Assembly: GCA_019828565.1 (NCBI GenBank) | Contig: JAHDYR010000062.1 | Span: 793,666 to 857,665, forward strand | Source: Carpediemonas membranifera BICM | Taxonomy: Eukaryota; Protista; Fornicata | DNA: 64,000 nucleotides | Reading direction: 5' to 3' | Shown here: positions 57,480 through 64,000 of the stretch, in pieces | Layout of the letters: every line of letters begins with the position of its first letter | How positions within the stretch are numbered: the first letter of the stretch is position 1 | The notes under the pieces: generated by a model | Seen by the model: the letters and a program-made list of their open reading frames with translations, nothing else | What the model was told of the DNA's origin: nothing | The model's database searches: none | Program-made: the position numbers and the translations under genes

Positions 57480-58590
57480 GGCCCATTCATATGGTGATGC
57501 CACAAGACGAGATAATTTCACTCACGCGAGGTTCAGCTTTTGGTGCTCTCCGCGTCGCCTGCGGAGGCCCGGCCAGCGTCAATCTCAGCCCAACTCCTGG
57601 AGGCGCCCATTATGCGAGAAAAATACATGAGCAGACCATGCCGTCTCCGGGTGCTGAAGCGCAGAGCATCCACGCTGACTCCGTTGGATGGCTTCACGTG
57701 TTGCTTCCCGAAGCAGAATGTGACGGGCCCACCATTCTCGAACGATGAGATGAGGCATGCCGATGATGCTCGGCGGCCCTGCTCTTGGTCACTGGATCGC
57801 TTGAAATCAGTTTACACAGATCTCACATCAATTGTCTGGCTGCATCCGCGGTACGTGACCTGCCTCCGGTTGGCGCTGACCGATGGCAGCGGGGGCATGT
57901 GACGGTGCGCTCTCGCGACGCCCTCTGGCAGGTCGATTGACTGGCGCTGCGCCATCTCGCACTCGCCGCCATAGTGGGCCATGTGCTTCCTGGTTGGCCA
58001 CGCGGAGCAGGCACTTGTGGCAGAAGTCCTGGCCGCAAGGACATCAAGACATCTTGCAGCTGTTCAGGTCGCCCTCGCGCGACGTAAGCTCGCCGCATGT
58101 GGGGCAGCGGCGGATGACGGGGACGTCCACAGCGGTGCCTCTGCCGAGCGTGATCAGGCGGCACGTCTGCAGGATGTCGTTTCTGCTCAACGAGCATCCT
58201 GATCTCGGCGCGCGAGCATGCCTGCTGGCGCCGCGGGATGACGTGGAAGTTGGCGGCCGCGCCTACTGTGGCAGGGGCCGAGTCGAGCTTGTGACAGTCC
58301 ACTCCTTCCAACATCTCATCCATTCTTGGGAAAATATCCGACGCCAAGGCATCGGCGATGCTGAAATTGGGCCCAGAGCAAGTCATAGGCTACGTGAACT
58401 GGATGAGACCACGGCGAATCAGCTACCCTCAAAAAGAGCAGCCTCTCGCCGCATCATAATTCGGACGCGACTCGAGCGACTTCGTTCGCCGACTCACCAA
58501 CACCACCCCACCTGAGTAAATCCGTTCCCCCGGACTCCGCTTGCCGAGCTGACTCTCGCGATCGGTCCCGATCGCGGCCCAGTCGAGCGA

Positions 58591-60425
58591 ATGTGCACTT
58601 TTTGCTCACAATTGATGTTTCACTGTAAGAGTTACACCACCGGGTCCACCACTACGAATGCAGCAGACTATGCTAAACCACAGTACTACTGCCAGCATAC
58701 TTCTATCTGGGAACAACCCAATGAGAAGCTCTGCAAATACAACCTTTCGAAGGGCGAACAACAGCACAAGAACGAGAACGACTTTGTTGCATCCATTCCC
58801 ACACGCTGTTTTGCTGGTGAGGACGTTATCGCCTGGTCTTACGCCCCTTCCTCCGGGAAAACATCACTCGCACTCCTCACAACAGAGGACACGCTCAAGA
58901 CTTCGCTGTTGAACGCAACTGAAGACGTTAAGACGAAGCTTAAGCAGCAGATTGGCCCTAAAGTAGCTGATCGCTTTACAGATGACCGGTTGCTCAGCCA
59001 TCTCTCCACCGTGTTTCTTTCGAGCCCTTCAGCAAGGCATTGCTGCACCATACCGCTCAGTCCGACGCCGTCGTGTTTGTTTACCTCCCCGAGCACGATT
59101 TCGGCTTCGTCGAGCTGTTGTTTGAGGCGAAGCGCGCTGGTAATGTTCTTAATGCAACAGGGCAGGCCTTTGTATTCGCCGAGACTCTCCGCCTAACAGT
59201 CATGCACGTGGTGCAGAAGAGGTTTGGCAGCGCGGATTGCTCAAAGGTCCCCGCTGTTCTCGTGGAGCGTTTCCCCGTCATCTCTTTGAGTTCCGCGCAC
59301 GGCGTTGTGGGTCACCTGACGCCAGTTGGCGAGTTTGGCGTGTTCGCAGGCCCGTTCCCCGATGGTTACAACTGGACGTGGACGTGTGATAATTCTGCGG
59401 AACTGAACGTCGAACAGTTCGTCGAGATGCAATGGAGCTACGTCATCGCTACTGCACGCACGCTTAACACTCAGCTGTGTGATACCGCCTCCTGGAAGCT
59501 GTTCTTCCCAACCAAGTTCTGTCCACAGGGCTGTGCAAAGGAGTGTGCGCGGATGGTCACCACCTCTAACTCATTCCTGTACTTCTACGAGGATGGCGAC
59601 CATAACAAGCTGCTGGCCAAGTTCGACCGCCACAGCCTTGGGCGCGCTGACCCCTCGTCAGACTTCATGAGCAAACGTGCCCTATTTTCTATGTTCCGTA
59701 AGATCATGGACCATGTATATTGCGAGTGCTCAAGTGAACCAGTGGGAGACGTGAGGGAGAAGCCCCCCCAGATTGTGTCCATACGCCCAGGTGCGCGGCA
59801 TTGGAAACAGGTCAAGCCCATCTCCGAAGATTCGCTCTCCTATTCACTCCAGCGTGATCTGACGTCGACTCACCGCTTTGACATCACCGCTCTGATCGGC
59901 GCGATCTCTTCCCACCCCAAGCTGTTCGTCCAAAACATGATCCAACAGCTCTGCAACATTTACTGTGATGATGTCGATGGCGTCTGTTCCACGATTCTTC
60001 ATCGCGACGCACGTCTCTGCAACATCTGCGTCATCAACAAGCTGCCCGATGCTGACTTTACTTTCGCCCCCGACGCCGAGAAAGGGGACGTTGCGTTCCG
60101 CCTGATTGACTGGGAGTGGATGCAAGTGTTTGATGGCTTTCGCCTTGTCGATGGGGATGCAGAACAAGCCCGCCGATCCCCCAACAACGTCGACCATGTA
60201 ACCTCCACTAGTTGCCAGCTGGCCCAGCTGATCGGCAGCATGGAGCATTACAATCATGTGAACAAGGTGGTAGGGATGGACAACGCTTTGACGTTGCTGG
60301 AGTCGTTGCAAGAGACCGTGACGACATTAGGTGAGACGATAAGAAAGGCAAGCTACGAAGAGAGACTCGCGAAGTTTACTTCGCACATTGACCAGTGGAG
60401 TGAGCAGAATCTGGCGAGAGAGTAA
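58591..60425 (+). pseudogene. Nuclease-kinase copy 6 (5-bp insertion near 59015; alternative C-terminus)
   Basis: GTGTTTCTTTCGAG versus GTGTTCGAG. Confidence 0.7.
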
Positions 60426-60735
60426 AAGGGACCGATGACCCGGGATTGTAACTGGCCCACGAGTCGAACGGAGTCTCTCACTCTGTGAGAGGCCCGCGAC
60501 GTCGACTTCCGAACTTCATAAGTGACGATTCAACGATGCAACACGCTGGCAAATGCATGTATTGCCGAGTGTATGCTGACCCGATAAGCCTCACACTTCC
60601 TGTTCCTCCCTTCAAACCGCATGAGCTCAGCCACTCAAAAACAAAATTTTAAGATGAAACTGTCCGAACCCCATAAACCACTCAAACAGATCCCTCAGCC
60701 GCTGTAATCAACGAATACACGTCCCCCAACCCCAA

Positions 60736-62843
60736 GTGGCTCACCCCCCAGTCATCGACCTCACTCTCGAGCTGCACCGCCTCCATCTCATCAAATATGT
60801 CCGCAAGTTCAGCAGTGTGGGTCGGAACCGCCGGACGGATCTCTGTCTCAAAGAAGCATTGGAAATCCTCGAATGTTGGGAATCTCGTTGTCGGGATGAA
60901 CGCCGCGCGGATTTCGGCTAGTTTCTCGCTCCCGAGGAAAAAGAGGATGCTAGACGGCTGCTGGCGGACAGCACACTGCTCGCAATCAGAGTTCTAGCAC
61001 TATTCAGAGGCACCAACGGCATCGGTGAGTTAGAGGACGCCCTCAGACTGCTGCAGCCAGCCATTGAGGAAGAGGTCAGAGCAGCCAGAGAAAGCAGTGA
61101 CATCGTAGCAGGGCTGGGGTTCCAGCCGAGGCACACAGCGTTCCAGGAGTTTGGCCCCCACCCAGCGTTCAGAGAGATCAGAGACGGGCACCAGGGCAAC
61201 AGGTTCCTCGTAGTGCCAGACAGAGAACACAGGTTCGGCATTGGCTTCGGATTTGCAGAGGTAGCGATGGGGATGAAGGGCCTGCTCCTATCCCCTGACG
61301 CCTTCACTGACAGAGACAACAGAGTCACTAGGAACCCTATCTGGACACTGGAAGAGGAGCTAGACAACCCAGAGCAACTCAGAGCGGTCCAGGGCCGAGC
61401 CGGCCTTGGAGCGCACAACGAAGAGAACATGGTCACACTGTCACAGCTCGTCAACTGGTGGCCCAGCAGAGAGCGCATCGCCCGGCAAGAGACCTGGGGA
61501 TGCGAAGAGCTAGCAGAGGCACTCAGAGAGTTTGAAGGGCGCATAGCCAATGTCAAAGCCCCCCGAACGCCAGAGCCTCCATCAGAGTCGCATTCATCCC
61601 CAGAGACTGGGGACTGATCAGAACCAGAGACGCGGGGTCTATCCTGAAGCGCATGCGCTGGGAAGGCCGACGCATGGTCACCACAGTGATCCCGGAAGAG
61701 GCCAGAGTCAGAATGGGGGACATCCCACCCAGCGGATACAAACCCGACGTGGACGGCAAGGACGAGATGCCCTTCAGGGTCACGTACAGAGACACTCACC
61801 TCCAGACGGCAGTCGGCGAAGTCGAGCACCAAATGGTAGGCAGGAACTTCAGAGACATCCTGGACCCTGCAACCCGGGTGGACAGACGCCGCGAGGACGA
61901 GCGCCGTGACCACAGAGAGATCAGGCGCCCGGACACCAGAGATGAGAGACACCACGACAGAGAGGTGGGTCACCAAGTTGACAGAGAGGCCAGACGTTCG
62001 GTCGACCAGGAAGTCAGGCGCCCTACTGGCAGAGAGATCGGACATCCCACCCACAGAGAAGCCATACACCTGGCCGACAGAGAGGCCAGACGTCCGGCTG
62101 ACTATGAGGTCAGACGCCCCATCGCCAGAGAAGCTGACCAACCCACCGAAAGAGACATCAGACACCCTGACGACAGAGAGGCTGGGCGCCTCATCGACAG
62201 AGAAATCAGACGTCCTGAAATCTATGAACGCGACACGGAGCTCGAACGTCTGGAAGCCAGGGCCAACAGAGCAGAACAGGACGGTCTCCGGATCAGACCC
62301 GACTTCGAAGAGGCAGAGAGGCGCCAGCGGGAGAGAAACGAGTGGTTTAGAGAACATCTTGGAACAGCCAGAGACAACCGCAGAGGCAACCACTCCTCAG
62401 CAGCCGGCAAGCGAGGCAGCCAAGGCAGAGACGACCTATCCGAGTCAGGAAAGAGGAGCAGACACAGTGACGACACCGCTGGGACGGTAAGAAGCAGACT
62501 ACCGGACCAGCAGGACGCCGAGAAACAGAGGCTCCTACTTCAACTGGCAGAGGCACAGCGAGAAATCTCAGCCCTCAAGGCCGCCCGGCAGAGACCCGCA
62601 GACCTGGCAGGCACTGAACCCGACCCCCTTGTCAGACCACCGATTGAGATGGTCAAGAACAGAGACGCCGCGGTAGTGCCCCGTCGCAGGAACAAGAGCA
62701 GGAGAACCAGGACCACCAGACAGACGGACCCCATGGAGATGATGACACAGTTCATGTCCTTCATGGCCAACATGCAAGGTGGTCAGGCCCGCGACTCTGA
62801 ACCGTATGATGATGCCAGTGAAAGTGAGGTCTCGGAGGAGTAA
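60736..62843 (+). CDS. LINE B ORF1 (in pieces) with 9-aa DRE(A/I/V)RRP repeats and coiled coil
   Basis: 27-nt tandem repeats at ~61890-62220; LLQLAEAQREISALK. Confidence 0.6.
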
Positions 62844-63170
62844 GTGGATCAGAGATAAAGCAGTATTCTTTCAGAAACTAGTGTATCAGACTTTCTTTCT
62901 TTATATAACCCTGGCTCCCACCCAGGGCCTGGCATTAGCCCACGGGCACTGCCAGTAGGTTGCAGGCGGCAGCCAAAGGAGGGGTCACGCCACTGCGCCC
63001 CCTCCTAAGTATCCATGCCCGAGGGCGAATCGGTCACCAAGAAGCACGGAGGCTGGCCCGCCAAGGGTTACCAAGACCGGCATCGAGGCCCCTTGACGGG
63101 ACAGTGACACAGTGAACCCTTAGCCCCTGCAGAAATTCTCAGAATTCGCAGGATAAGGATCAGAGCATAG

Positions 63171-64000
63171 TACAACAGGGAAACGTTCAAGATCTTAAGC
63201 CTGAACACTCAGGGGCACATAGGACGAGGAAAGGACTTCACGGCATCAATAGCAACAGCAATTCAAACCAAACTCAGAGACATTGAAGCGGTTTGTATAC
63301 AAGAGACATGGAGAACAGCAAACACAAGAGTCCACAGCTTCATAGACTTCCAGTACGCTTTAGCAGGCAGAGAAACAGAGGAAACACTAGCAACAACGAA
63401 CGAAAAGCGGAAAAGAGAGACCAGGTGCCAGCATCGCGTGAACAGACAACTGGGAATCACAGGTGACGACCCCCCTACACCCAAGTGGCACGGGACCAGA
63501 GAAGGCATCGGCACAATCGTAAGCCCGCATGCCAGAGCAACATGGGATGTCGGCATCACTGACAGCCTGTCAGGAAGAGTGCAGGCGAGTATTATGAGGA
63601 CGAGCAGAGACATCATGGTAATCACAGTGTATGCACCCACTTCAGATAAAGGGAAGACAGTGAAAGATCAGTTCAGAGACAACATCCAAGAGATACTGGA
63701 CATGAAAGGGGACATGGAAGCAATCATCATTGGGGACTGGAACATGGCCCCAGGGCCGGCACACGGAACCACCAGGTGGAAGGATGTTATGGACAAACAC
63801 AAACTCAGAGCAATCATACCAGAAAGGGGCACATTATCCAGTGGCAACACCACACCGGACTTCGCAATGGTCTCAGAGGGAATCAGGAAAGCAGAGATTC
63901 AAGTGGTCAGCTCGACAGTGCTGGGAGTATGGGGGTCGGCCCACAAAGGGGTCAAGCTTGCCTGGGAAGAACCCCGATACAGAGCCAACAGAGACGATGA
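63171..64000 (+). CDS. LINE B ORF2 APE endonuclease (partial; no ATG before the domain)
   Basis: FKILSLN, CIQETW, VYAP, IIGDWN, PDF in one frame following TAG at 63168-63170. Confidence 0.85.

Larger units (their letters stand above)
49737..60623 (+). repeat. Tandem array 2 of the nuclease-kinase unit (4 gene copies)
   Basis: ATGs at 49795, 52723, 55650, 58591. Confidence 0.95.
60624..64000 (+). mobile_element. 5' part of a second APE-type LINE (LINE B), runs off the window
   Basis: Starts where identity to 9464-9661 ends; APE related to LINE A (SPHARATWDVG vs SPHSQATWDVG). Confidence 0.85.

Noticed and set aside
60918-62393. 491-aa minus-strand ORF and similar overlapping ORFs (e.g. 48613-49479, 10543-11259)
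   Set aside because: Antisense shadows of real or repetitive coding sequence.

Overview
Eukaryotic, gene-dense, apparently intron-poor DNA made almost entirely of mobile or repeated sequence. Stop codons often overlap AGTAAA/AATAAA and TCATT Inr-like motifs recur, which suggests a fornicate/metamonad-type protist (inference). Layout: (1) two tandem arrays (1-9.66 kb, 49.7-60.6 kb) of a ~2.93-kb unit encoding a PD-(D/E)xK nuclease + kinase (Crinkler-like) protein and an antisense IBR pseudogene; (2) an intact 4.64-kb Ty3/Gypsy chromovirus with 50-bp LTRs, plus the 3' remnant of a second one with a 51-bp LTR; (3) a ~37-kb region (~10-46.7 kb) resembling a giant DNA transposon, with two divergent RAG1/Transib-like DDE genes lacking the zinc site, a PHD-finger gene, OTU proteases, tandem HEPN RNase cassettes, a captured Argonaute/PIWI fragment, 330-bp inverted repeats and 18 copies of ATCCAC-N4-GTGGAT; (4) an 11.3-kb APE-type LINE with a 15-bp TSD encoding a Maelstrom-like DEDDh nuclease, and the 5' part of a related LINE at the right edge. 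Many frameshifts fall in homopolymers and may be sequencing errors. All protein calls are by-eye motif recognition; no searches were run.
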